A stretch of 64,000 nucleotides of DNA from Oceanispirochaeta sp. GTDB taxonomy: Bacteria; Spirochaetota; Spirochaetia; DSM-2461. Positions 1 through 8,642 of the stretch are shown here, one piece after another; position 1 is the stretch's first letter, and each line of letters begins with the position of its first letter. A model generated the notes under the pieces. That model made no database searches. It had not been told where the DNA came from and was given only the letters and a program-made list of their open reading frames with translations. The stretch lies in the NCBI GenBank assembly GCA_963663385.2, contig CAXXXD010000003.1, positions 192,001 through 256,000 of the forward strand, in the 5' to 3' direction. The position numbers and the translations under genes were made by a program.

Positions 1-1220
1 CTGTTATCCTCAAGGTAGCAGGAAACTTTCTGTTCCTGGGCTTTATTGTATTTGCCCAAAAGCAGACCTGCAACGGAAGGATCTTTAATACGGCTGTTCA
101 GTCTGGCGATCATCTCTTTTCTGTTGTGACTGATTCCGGTAATAAACTGTATGGCTTCTTCGTACTCTTCCAGCTGTATCAGTCCGGATATGGTATGGAG
201 TTTATTCAGAAACTCATGATTCTGGGCCCTCAGACCTTCATTAATCTGACGGATTCCGGTTATTTCCTCCGCCCGGGCACGCACTTCCGTCAGATCTTCC
301 ATCAGGGCTGTCGCCCCCAGCACAGCCGTACCGTGATCATCCAGAATCGGTTCAAAACGGCATTGGAGGGCCAGGCCGGAAGGGGATACCAGGTCTGTAT
401 GCAGGGCCTTTTTCAGCTCGAGGCACTGATTAAATTCTTCTTTAAAATAGTAGAGATCTACAGGCTGATTCATATCGGAACTGTTCAGCCCCGTCAGAAA
501 CCGGGCTGCCGCGTTAAAATAGACAATCCGGGCATTCTGATCTATGGTAATAATCCCTTCCTTAAGATTTTCCAGGGTCATGGCTCTCTGCCCCAGCAGA
601 CGGGATATCTCTTCCGGTTCCATACCATGCATGGACTTTTTTATATTGTAGGAGAGGATCCCGGATGAATAGATACTGATGAAAACCGCAAGGATAATAA
701 AAAGGATAAACGTATCCAGGTTAAGTCTGATATCCTGATAGATCCTGCCGTTGAGCATACCCGCAATGACAAGTCCCGCCAGTTCGCCCTGATAGTAGAC
801 CGGAGCGATGGCTTCGATGGAAGGAAGCGGGGATGAATCCAGGTGTCGTATTACCATCTCGGGATAGGGGGTCTTCAGCTGATCCAGTATAAATGGATCT
901 TTTTCACGGGTATTAAGAAAACCGGGGTAGGTATGGGCATAGTAAATCCCTTCTGCATTTATGATATGAATATACTGCGTGCGGGTTGCCAGCTTCAGTT
1001 CTTCCGCTTTCCTCTGAATGGGAATACTGCCGTTGGAGCGTGTCAGATTGAATTGAACAGCTTCCATCCCGGAAATGGTTATGGCCAGGTCCCTTGCAGA
1101 AAACTCCAGTTGTGTTTCCAGGGTGCTGAACCACTGTTTGAATACGAGTAAGCCGATCATAAGGATCATGACGGTTGTAAATAAACTGGTAGCCAGGGAT
1201 ATTTTCCGATTCAGTTTCAT
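1..1220 (-). CDS. CitA/DcuS-family sensor histidine kinase (3' part runs off the window start)
   Basis: Read by hand: ATG at 1220 (MKLNRKISLATSLF...). Two TM segments flank a Cache-like domain, then a PAS-like segment (ENLKEGIITID) and the CitA-type H-box LRAQNHEFLNKLHTISGLIQL. Absent from the ORF track because it has no stop codon in the window. Confidence 0.9.
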   Translation of the reverse strand, partial: MKLNRKISLATSLFTTVMILMIGLLVFKQWFSTLETQLEFSARDLAITISGMEAVQFNLTRSNGSIPIQRKAEELKLATRTQYIHIINAEGIYYAHTYPGFLNTREKDPFILDQLKTPYPEMVIRHLDSSPLPSIEAIAPVYYQGELAGLVIAGMLNGRIYQDIRLNLDTFILFIILAVFISIYSSGILSYNIKKSMHGMEPEEISRLLGQRAMTLENLKEGIITIDQNARIVYFNAAARFLTGLNSSDMNQPVDLYYFKEEFNQCLELKKALHTDLVSPSGLALQCRFEPILDDHGTAVLGATALMEDLTEVRARAEEITGIRQINEGLRAQNHEFLNKLHTISGLIQLEEYEEAIQFITGISHNRKEMIARLNSRIKDPSVAGLLLGKYNKAQEQKVSCYLEDN

Positions 1221-1256
1221 TTGATCTCAGTATAGGCTCAGGACATCAAAATATAA

Positions 1257-1286
1257 AGGGGGCGGCCCGGTTACAGGCTGCCCCCT
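1257..1286 (-). terminator. Probable intrinsic terminator after the flavoprotein gene
   Basis: Stem AGGGGGCGGCC/GGCTGCCCCCT followed by a T-rich tract on the minus strand. Confidence 0.6.
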
Positions 1287-1307
1287 GAAAATTACAGGGA
1301 TTGGAAG

Positions 1308-3029
1308 TTATTTGATATAGGCTGCAGCCTGAATTCCGGCAATTCTACCGAAGGTTGTAATATCAGCCATGGCATTTCCACCTAATCTGTTGGCGCCATG
1401 AACGCCGCCGGTAACTTCACCTGCAGCAAAGAGGCCTTTTACCCATTCGCCTGACTCATTGATAACTTTTGTTTCCGTATTAATTTTGAGTCCGCCCATG
1501 GTATGGTGAACGGCAGGTCCGACTTCTACCGCATAGAAGGGCGCCGTCGCCAGTTTCCGGGGCATATCAGGTCTGTTGAAATCAGGATCATTTCCCGCTT
1601 CTACATAAGTATTGTACTGACTTACTGTGGTTTCCAGCGCTGCTCCGTCAAGTTCCATGGCAGCTGCCAGTTCAGTCAGAGAGGCTGCTTCGGTCAGAAG
1701 CCCGGCTTTTGCATAGCTTTCAATAGCCGAGAGTGACTCCCGTACTCCCTGATCAAAAACCAGGAAGGCAGTCTTTCCGGTCTGCTCCAGCTCGGCCGCG
1801 GATACAACATCACGGGTCTGCAGCTCGGATACAAATCTTGCAGCATCCCTGTTTACAAGAATGGCGCCATTTCCGCGAACCGCTTCTGTAATCATCGTGT
1901 TCTTGACAGGCACTACTGTGGGGTGGGTCTGAATCTGTTCAATATCCACCAGCGCAACATTAAAAGGAGCAACCAGGTCAAGGGCGTCACCTGTAGCGCC
2001 GGGATGGTTTGTTGTTCCAAAGCCTTCCAGTTCAGGTTTGAAACGGACAACCTTTTCCTGACTGGCGCCGAATCCTCCGGTTGCCACTATGACAGCTTTT
2101 GCTGTGATATGATAGGTTCCTTCAGCTGTTTCAACATCAACACCATTTACACCGTTCTCATCAGCTGTAATGGCAACAACTTTACTGCCTGTGCGGATGT
2201 CCGCCACTTCTTCGGCCACTTTATCCAGAACACCGGCAACATGAGCGCCAACGCCGGCTCCGCCGGTCGGTCTGTGTGTTCTGTTATTGGATGAGCCTCC
2301 CATTCTTCCCACATCGTTAAGGTCCGCACCGAGAGATACAAGCCAGTTTACAGTCTCGGCCGATTTGGATGCCAGGACCTTTACCAGTTCGGGATCGTTC
2401 AGGTTTTTTCCACCCTTCATGGTATCATTGAAAAACTGTTCAACCGAGTCTTCGATACCCTTGGCTTTCTGCTGAGATGTTTCTGCGGCATTCAGTCCGC
2501 CTGTGGCATAGTTTGTATTACCGCCGACCAGGGGCATTTTTTCCAGCACAATAACTTTAGCGCCCGCATCGGCTGCGGCTTTTGCGGCAGAAAGACCGGC
2601 GCCCCCTGCTCCGATAATGACAACATCTGCCGAATCATCTTCCAGTTTGACTGCTGCTTCAGTTTTTGCTGAAGCGGCGCCGGCTTTTCCTGTGGAAGCC
2701 TTGGCAAGAGCGGCTTGAATGGCGGTAATCATACCGGCTGAGGTTTCGGAAGCGCCGCTGACAGCGTCAATATCACCGCTGTTGGCCTTGATGGCTTTTT
2801 CAATGAGAGTGTTCATGGGTTTGAGGCTGAATTCAGACTCGGGGTTTTCTGTTACCTCAATAGACTGGATGGCCTTTTTATCCACAGTAACGGAAACAAC
2901 GATTGTTCCGCCGTGACCCTGACCTTCTCCCAGGTAGGTTCCGGGAGTGTAAGCATCTTTGGCTCCGCAGCTCATAAAGAGGAGTGCAACCGCAGCCAGC
3001 GCACTCAAAAGGGGAATCATTTTTTTCAT
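1308..3029 (-). CDS. Lipoprotein flavocytochrome-c-family reductase (fumarate reductase-like) with N-terminal FMN-bind domain and no heme motifs
   Basis: Lipobox LFMSC, FMN-bind domain with DAVSGAS, FAD motif GAGGAG, and FccA/FrdA-type catalytic motifs QTHPT, TEAVRGNG, RD, HHTMGG and NRLGGN. Confidence 0.9.
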   Translation of the reverse strand: MKKMIPLLSALAAVALLFMSCGAKDAYTPGTYLGEGQGHGGTIVVSVTVDKKAIQSIEVTENPESEFSLKPMNTLIEKAIKANSGDIDAVSGASETSAGMITAIQAALAKASTGKAGAASAKTEAAVKLEDDSADVVIIGAGGAGLSAAKAAADAGAKVIVLEKMPLVGGNTNYATGGLNAAETSQQKAKGIEDSVEQFFNDTMKGGKNLNDPELVKVLASKSAETVNWLVSLGADLNDVGRMGGSSNNRTHRPTGGAGVGAHVAGVLDKVAEEVADIRTGSKVVAITADENGVNGVDVETAEGTYHITAKAVIVATGGFGASQEKVVRFKPELEGFGTTNHPGATGDALDLVAPFNVALVDIEQIQTHPTVVPVKNTMITEAVRGNGAILVNRDAARFVSELQTRDVVSAAELEQTGKTAFLVFDQGVRESLSAIESYAKAGLLTEAASLTELAAAMELDGAALETTVSQYNTYVEAGNDPDFNRPDMPRKLATAPFYAVEVGPAVHHTMGGLKINTETKVINESGEWVKGLFAAGEVTGGVHGANRLGGNAMADITTFGRIAGIQAAAYIK

Positions 3030-3313
3030 TATAAAAAATCTCCTGCATGTTTTTGATAAAAAAATAGCGATAAAAAAATAACGATTAAAAGTTACAATGT
3101 TAAAGTGAAAACCGCAATGTTTAGAAAGATAATGAGCTTTTAGATCTTATTGGTCGCAAAGGCGGGTGAAATCTCCTATAATATTTAAGAAATATAAGAC
3201 CAAAATAATAGGAAATCTTGATTTATAGAGTTTTAACTGATAAAAGTAGAATCGGTAAATATTGCACGATTTCTGGCTAATTATTTATGCGTTAACATAT
3301 AAAGGACTGGATT

Positions 3314-5332
3314 ATGAGAAAGATAGTTATTTTGGGCGGAGGATACGCAGGTGTCCATGCGGCAAAGCACTTCCATAAAGCTTTTAAAAAGAATCAGGAT
3401 GTGAAGATTACCCTGATTGACAAAAACCATCATCATACTTTGATGACAGAACTGCACGAAGTGGCGGGAGATCGGGTTCCCGATGACAGCGTCCGCATTT
3501 CCTTTGACCGGATTTTTGCCGGGACCACTGTAAATGTCGTACAGGACGAGATTGTAAAACTGGATCCTGAAGCAGGAAAACTCTATTCCGAAACTGCCGA
3601 ATACGGGTATGACTATCTGCTTATGGGAACCGGAGCCGAAACAACCGATTTCGGAATCCCCGGAATTAAAGAGCACTCCCTGCCTCTGTGGAGTTTCAAC
3701 CATGCCATCCACATCCGGGAACATGTGCGGGAGATGTTTTTCAAAGCCGCTCATGAAAAAGATGCGGAAAAACGGAAACAGTATCTGACATTTGTTGTAG
3801 CCGGATCCGGATTCACCGGAGTCGAGATGGTGGGTGAACTGATTGAGAATATCCCTGTTCTTTCTGCTGAGTATAAGGTGGATCCTGCAGAGGTTCAGCT
3901 GATCAATGTTGAGGGACTGGGGAATATTCTGAGTATGATTCCCGAAAAGCCCCGTGCCAAGGCTCAGCGTTATATGGAGAAGAAGGGTGTAAAAATCATG
4001 CTGAATTCTCTCTGTGTAAAAGCGGACGAAGGCTCCCTGACTTTGAAAGACGGTACGGTCATCAAATGCGGTACCCTGATATGGACCTGCGGAATCAAGG
4101 GCGGTTCCTTCGGGGCCTCCACAGGGCTGACTATCGGCCATGTGGACCGTCTGCAGGTTGATAAAACCATGAAGTGTCCCGACTTTGATAATATCTACCT
4201 GGCGGGGGATGCCATCTGGTTTCTGGAGGATGAACGGCCTGTTCCCCAGATTGTGGAAGCGGCAGAACAGACTGCTGCCGTTGCGGCTCACAATATTATC
4301 CGTGAAATAACAGGCAGGGGAGAAGTCAAATCATTTAAATCCAATTTTCACGGTTTTATGGTATCCATCGGCGGGCGTTACGCTGTTTCCTATACAGGCG
4401 GGGTCGCTCTGTCCGGAAAACCAGCTATGGCTCTGAAGCATCTGGTTAATGTTTACTACCTTCAAACCGTAGCGGGCGTAAATGCGTGGTGGAAGTATCT
4501 GGAACATGAAATATTCAATATCAAAAACAAACGTTCCTTTCTGGGCGGTCTGGTTGCCGGAAAGATCAACGGTTTATGGGCCGTCCTTCTGAGACTCTGG
4601 CTTGGCCTTATGTGGGTTATAGAAGGGGTGAACAAAATCGGTGAAGGCTGGTTTAACTTTGATAAGGGTTCCAGCTCCTCCTGGATGTTTTCCCAGGGGG
4701 TCATCCAGGCCGGTCTGCCTGTCGCTGATGCCGGATCAGCAGCATCGGAAGCTGCTGTGGAAACTGTTGCAGAACCTGTGACTGAAGCGGTGAGCGCGGC
4801 AAGCGGTGCGGTAGGTGAGGCTGCCCATGCCGCAGCGGAAACAGCGGCTGATGTCGTCAGCGCCGCTTCGGGAGCGGCTGACGCTGTTGTCGAGACTGTC
4901 GCCCGTACATGGGGACCTGTCTGGGATACTTCTTTAAGCATCCTGTCCTGGGATAATCCTCTGGTAACCTGGTTCCGGCAGACCTTTATGGATGGTATGG
5001 CAGCCTATATACCCTTCCAGTTCTTTCAGGTAATGGTTGTCTCTGTGGAAGTCGCACTTGGTCTTGCACTGATGGGAGGCCTTTTTACATTTCCTGCTGC
5101 GGGCGTTTCCATTATTATGTGTCTGGTCTTTATCCTTTCCGGTCTATTCAGCTGGAGTCAGCTCTGGTTTATCTTTGCGGCTATTGTGATGCTGGGCGGA
5201 GCCGGACGGAATACCGGCCTTGACTACTGGGTCATGCCCTGGCTGAAGAAATGGTGGAATGGGACATCCCTTGCCCATAAGACGTACCTGTATAAGGGTG
5301 AACCGAAAATCCGAAAAAGAAAACAGGGGTAA
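3314..5332 (+). CDS. ndh: Type II NADH dehydrogenase fused to a C-terminal DoxX-like membrane domain (Listeria Ndh2-like)
   Basis: GGGYAG and GSGFTGVE dinucleotide motifs, GD...PQIVEAAEQ, a hydrophobic C-terminal domain (LRLWLGLMW ... GAGRNTGLD) and an Ala-rich insert. Confidence 0.9.
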   Translation: MRKIVILGGGYAGVHAAKHFHKAFKKNQDVKITLIDKNHHHTLMTELHEVAGDRVPDDSVRISFDRIFAGTTVNVVQDEIVKLDPEAGKLYSETAEYGYDYLLMGTGAETTDFGIPGIKEHSLPLWSFNHAIHIREHVREMFFKAAHEKDAEKRKQYLTFVVAGSGFTGVEMVGELIENIPVLSAEYKVDPAEVQLINVEGLGNILSMIPEKPRAKAQRYMEKKGVKIMLNSLCVKADEGSLTLKDGTVIKCGTLIWTCGIKGGSFGASTGLTIGHVDRLQVDKTMKCPDFDNIYLAGDAIWFLEDERPVPQIVEAAEQTAAVAAHNIIREITGRGEVKSFKSNFHGFMVSIGGRYAVSYTGGVALSGKPAMALKHLVNVYYLQTVAGVNAWWKYLEHEIFNIKNKRSFLGGLVAGKINGLWAVLLRLWLGLMWVIEGVNKIGEGWFNFDKGSSSSWMFSQGVIQAGLPVADAGSAASEAAVETVAEPVTEAVSAASGAVGEAAHAAAETAADVVSAASGAADAVVETVARTWGPVWDTSLSILSWDNPLVTWFRQTFMDGMAAYIPFQFFQVMVVSVEVALGLALMGGLFTFPAAGVSIIMCLVFILSGLFSWSQLWFIFAAIVMLGGAGRNTGLDYWVMPWLKKWWNGTSLAHKTYLYKGEPKIRKRKQG

Positions 5333-5335
5333 TCA

Positions 5336-6304
5336 TTGTCCATCCATCCCATCTGGAAGGATTTCCCTTCTCTCCGGACTGATCTTGCAGCTGTATCGGA
5401 TCAGATCAGGAGGGTTGTGGAACAGAGTCCTGAAGCAATTAAGAATGATCTGGCCCGCCTCCTCCTGAGCAAGGGTAAAATGCTGCGTCCCGTTTTTGTC
5501 ATTTTATCTTCGGGCTGGGGAGAGGAACAGAACGAGAATCTTCCTGCTGTAGCTGCTGCTGTTGAACTGCTTCATCTTGCCTCTCTGGTACACGATGATG
5601 TTCTGGATGAGGCTGTTTCCCGCAGGGGGGTCGCCACACTTCATCAGACAATGGGCATTAAAAAGGCGGTCCTTACAGGAGATTATCTTCTGGGGGTCGC
5701 CATGAAGCTGGGGATGAGCGAATTCCGTAAAGAAAACGTTCCTGTCATGATGGAAAGCCTCAATCGTCTTCTGGAAAGTGAGATCGATCAGGATTTTTCC
5801 GGAAAGAGCATGAACATAGACCGTGAATCCTATCTAAAGCGTATTAAAGGAAAAACCGCCGAGCTTTTCGGTCTGGCCTGTATGATCGGGGCAATCGTCA
5901 GCGGATGTGAAGATGTTCTGGTCGAGAACCTTCAGAAACTGGGAATCCTTTTCGGGATGGCCTTTCAGATAGATGACGATATTCTGGACTATACGGGATC
6001 GGAAGGTCTGCTCGGAAAAAATACCGGAAAAGACCTGAAAGAGGGAATCCCGACTCTGCCTTTTATTCTGGCATTGGAAGAGGGGGATAAAAAAGTCCTG
6101 GCCTATACCGGGTCCTCTTTTCGGCGTATCTTCCCGGGATCTCTTCAGAGGTACCTTATCCGCAAGGGGTATGTGGAAAAAGCAGTAGTAATTTCAGACT
6201 CCTATAAAAAGGAAGCGGAGGAGCTTCTGCTCTCCCTGCCGGAATGCGCTTCAAAAGAGATTTTTCTCAGAGTCCTTAAGACGTTTCAGAAGCGGGACTG
6301 CTGA
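5336..6304 (+). CDS. Polyprenyl (heptaprenyl-like) diphosphate synthase catalytic subunit
   Basis: GKMLRP, first DDxxD (HDDVLD...RRG), KTA, and second DDxxD (FQIDDDILD). TTG start. Confidence 0.92.
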   Translation: MSIHPIWKDFPSLRTDLAAVSDQIRRVVEQSPEAIKNDLARLLLSKGKMLRPVFVILSSGWGEEQNENLPAVAAAVELLHLASLVHDDVLDEAVSRRGVATLHQTMGIKKAVLTGDYLLGVAMKLGMSEFRKENVPVMMESLNRLLESEIDQDFSGKSMNIDRESYLKRIKGKTAELFGLACMIGAIVSGCEDVLVENLQKLGILFGMAFQIDDDILDYTGSEGLLGKNTGKDLKEGIPTLPFILALEEGDKKVLAYTGSSFRRIFPGSLQRYLIRKGYVEKAVVISDSYKKEAEELLLSLPECASKEIFLRVLKTFQKRDC

Positions 6305-6333
6305 TTTATATTTATACTTTTCAGATGTTATCA

Positions 6334-6370
6334 GATCCGGCAGCTGTTTCAAAGCATAAGCTGTCGGATC
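6334..6370. terminator. Hairpin between convergent genes (possible bidirectional terminator)
   Basis: 12-bp stem GATCCGGCAGCT/AGCTGTCGGATC. Confidence 0.5.
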
Positions 6371-6420
6371 ATCATGTTCCGGGGACCTGCTGGAGAGAGA
6401 ATCGAACTGCAGCAGATCCT

Positions 6421-7035
6421 CTAGAAAAATCTCTCCAGTAATACCGACCCCCATACCAGTATTTCCAGAGGCAGAATATAGAGAAAGGCCAGAGGATAGG
6501 ATCTGCCGGTATCTGCCTCCGGCAGTTCCGGATCAGAGAGAGCTTCAGGCGGGAATATTTCCATCAGGATCCTGTCCAGACTGCCTATGAAATCCCTGGC
6601 TTTTACATGCTTTCTGCCGTCCAGTATCTCTTCAAAGTAGTAGAACATTCTGCCGAGCAATCCGCCCAGCTTTCCCGGGAATTGCAGGGACGGGGTTACT
6701 GTAAAGAGTGAGAGAAACACCAGTCCCATCAGGGTTATCCCTTTCAGGATCCCCGTTTCCAGTGAACCGTCTGTTATTGTTAAGGGACCTATCTCCCAGA
6801 GGATGCGCCCTGCGGGAGTCAGAAGATGGAAAAAGGTTATGGAGCCGGTCATCATCAGAAAGTAGATGTATCGAATCCTTTTGCCCGCAAGGGTTACCAT
6901 AATAGCAAATACAGCTACAAGAAGCAGTTTTATAATCAGCCAGTCTATAAGAAAGTATCCTGGTATCAGACTCAGTCCTGTCCAGAAACGGGCTTTGGGA
7001 GAAATGATCCGTCCCAGTTTGTCGACTTTTCTCAC
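6421..7035 (-). CDS. EcfT-like (energy-coupling factor T component-like) membrane protein
   Basis: Multi-TM protein with motif GRILWEIGPLTITDGSLETG. The likely GTG start overlaps the upstream stop (GTGA). The ORF-track extension to 7266 overlaps the upstream gene. Confidence 0.6.
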   Translation of the reverse strand: MRKVDKLGRIISPKARFWTGLSLIPGYFLIDWLIIKLLLVAVFAIMVTLAGKRIRYIYFLMMTGSITFFHLLTPAGRILWEIGPLTITDGSLETGILKGITLMGLVFLSLFTVTPSLQFPGKLGGLLGRMFYYFEEILDGRKHVKARDFIGSLDRILMEIFPPEALSDPELPEADTGRSYPLAFLYILPLEILVWGSVLLERFF

Positions 7036-7580
7036 AGGGACTCCCTCATCTGCGCCCACCAGAGGGACTTTTCGGAAAACCGCTGGGCAAACAGACCGAT
7101 AAACAGTCCCGACACGAGTCCGATTCCCAGAAACAGCGGAAGGATACGCCAGGCGGACATCCCGAAGATGAATGTTATGGAGAGTGTTATCTGGGCCATG
7201 TTGCTGACAAGGGCCCCCAGTACGCTTATGCCTATAAAGGAGATATACGGAGTCAGATAATGCCACGCCAGGAACATTATAATCCCGCTTGCTAACGATC
7301 CGCTCAGGGAAAACAGAAAAATATAGGAAGCCATAGTCCCGTTAACCATTCCCTGGCCGAGCACCTTGAGCAGTATCAGCAGAAAATAGGAAGCCATCGG
7401 CAGCACGTGGGGATCCCCCTTTTTACGGGGAAGGAGATCCAGCGCCAGGATAACAGGCAGGTTGGCCAACCCCAGACGCATAAAGGGAATGGGACGGGGA
7501 AAAAGGTACTCCACTGTGGATAGGAAGAGACTGAGGGAACCCAGCATGGCAATACGGTTCAGCTGTTTTTCAGTAAACAT
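7032..7580 (-). CDS. Gx transporter / heptaprenyl diphosphate synthase component I family membrane protein (EetB-like)
   Basis: Signature EYLFPRPIPFMRLGLAN and SVLGALVSNMAQ. AGGAGG RBS lies upstream of ATG 7580 (alternative start 7586). Confidence 0.85.
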   Translation of the reverse strand: MFTEKQLNRIAMLGSLSLFLSTVEYLFPRPIPFMRLGLANLPVILALDLLPRKKGDPHVLPMASYFLLILLKVLGQGMVNGTMASYIFLFSLSGSLASGIIMFLAWHYLTPYISFIGISVLGALVSNMAQITLSITFIFGMSAWRILPLFLGIGLVSGLFIGLFAQRFSEKSLWWAQMRESL

Positions 7581-7935
7581 CGGCATCCACCTCCTGTTTC
7601 TCTCCGCCGTCAATATACAGGAATACCTCATTGGGCAGACAGGCTGCCCACTCCCCCGATTCTGAGATCTGTCCCATGTGGACACAGAGGTTGTCGTCAC
7701 AGTCTGAATGGATAAAGGCTGCCTTTCCTTCGGAAATCTGAATAACCGATTCCCCGACAGGGCCCCGTACATGAATCTCCCTGTCTTCCGAGAGAGGGTA
7801 GAGGGCTACCCCGTCTCTGTCTTCAATGTATAAATAACCGCTGTCGCCGGATCTGTTCCACCCATACCAGGTAAAAACGGAAAAGATCAGAAGCGAAAGT
7901 AGTATAGCGGCAATATCATATCTGCGTATCTTCAT
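7570..7935 (-). CDS. NusG domain II-containing (DUF1312, EetA-like) membrane-anchored protein
   Basis: N-terminal TM followed by SDCDDNLCVHMGQIS...ACLPNEV. Confidence 0.88.
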   Translation of the reverse strand: MKIRRYDIAAILLSLLIFSVFTWYGWNRSGDSGYLYIEDRDGVALYPLSEDREIHVRGPVGESVIQISEGKAAFIHSDCDDNLCVHMGQISESGEWAACLPNEVFLYIDGGEKQEVDADVY

Positions 7936-8199
7936 AATTTGTGCCCCTAAACTAACATTTTTATAGGGAGACTGGGAATAGAAATCCCCTTCAAAAGCAC
8001 CGGAAAATCCTTATCCTCTTCACTTGAAACAGCAATGTAATAAGGAGATTCACTCTTTGAGGGCTGGAATCGATCCCGACAGAACTTTTTCTCTTGCCAT
8101 ATGTTCGAAAAAAGCCAACCATTAAAAAAATAGTGATATACTGTATATACCCGATACATTGTACTTGCAGATCCTATATTTCTGGAAAAGGAGATATTG

Positions 8200-8367
8200 A
8201 TGTTATCTGAAAGTGAAAAACAGGCTGAGATTCAGCAGTGGGGAATCATCTATCGCATGGCACTTCAAAGAAAGAGTCTTTCAGAATTGAAGTTCTCTCA
8301 GGAGGAGCGCGTTATTAAACGTGTTTTGGATAAGATCGAAAAACACATTAACGATATTCGAAGATAG
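8200..8367 (+). CDS. Small hypothetical protein, 55 aa (below ORF-track cutoff)
   Basis: AAGGAG RBS precedes ATG 8200. Translation MLSESEKQAEIQQWGIIYRMALQRKSLSELKFSQEERVIKRVLDKIEKHINDIRR*. Confidence 0.6.
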   Translation: MLSESEKQAEIQQWGIIYRMALQRKSLSELKFSQEERVIKRVLDKIEKHINDIRR

Positions 8368-8642
8368 AAGAGGATTTTTTTCCTCAATAACCTCCAACCG
8401 GTTGCCATCGCGCCAGTTCATCTCCTTTTGAAATAAACATAAGCTGTCCTATGAACCAGAACGGGCGAAACAAATACTCCTTTTCCTATCGGACAGTGAA
8501 AAATATCAGTGACGAATCAGAACAGATCATTCGCAGACTCCTATTTTTAAAATATTCCAGTAACATCTGTTCTTTTTTATTTGAAATCCCGGTGGTCCGG
8601 ATATTATCCTTAATACTAGGCAAAAAGAAACGGAGGATCATT

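Noticed and set aside
126..1151. Plus-strand ORFs 126..668 and 843..1151
   Set aside because: Antisense shadows of the minus-strand histidine kinase.
3281..4291. 336-aa minus-strand ORF
   Set aside because: Lies entirely antisense to ndh and has no recognisable motifs.
8451..8642. N-terminal MCP extension, or a c-di-GMP riboswitch ahead of the MCP
   Set aside because: The RBS and TM1 position favour ATG 8643, and the GEMM consensus elements could not be matched.
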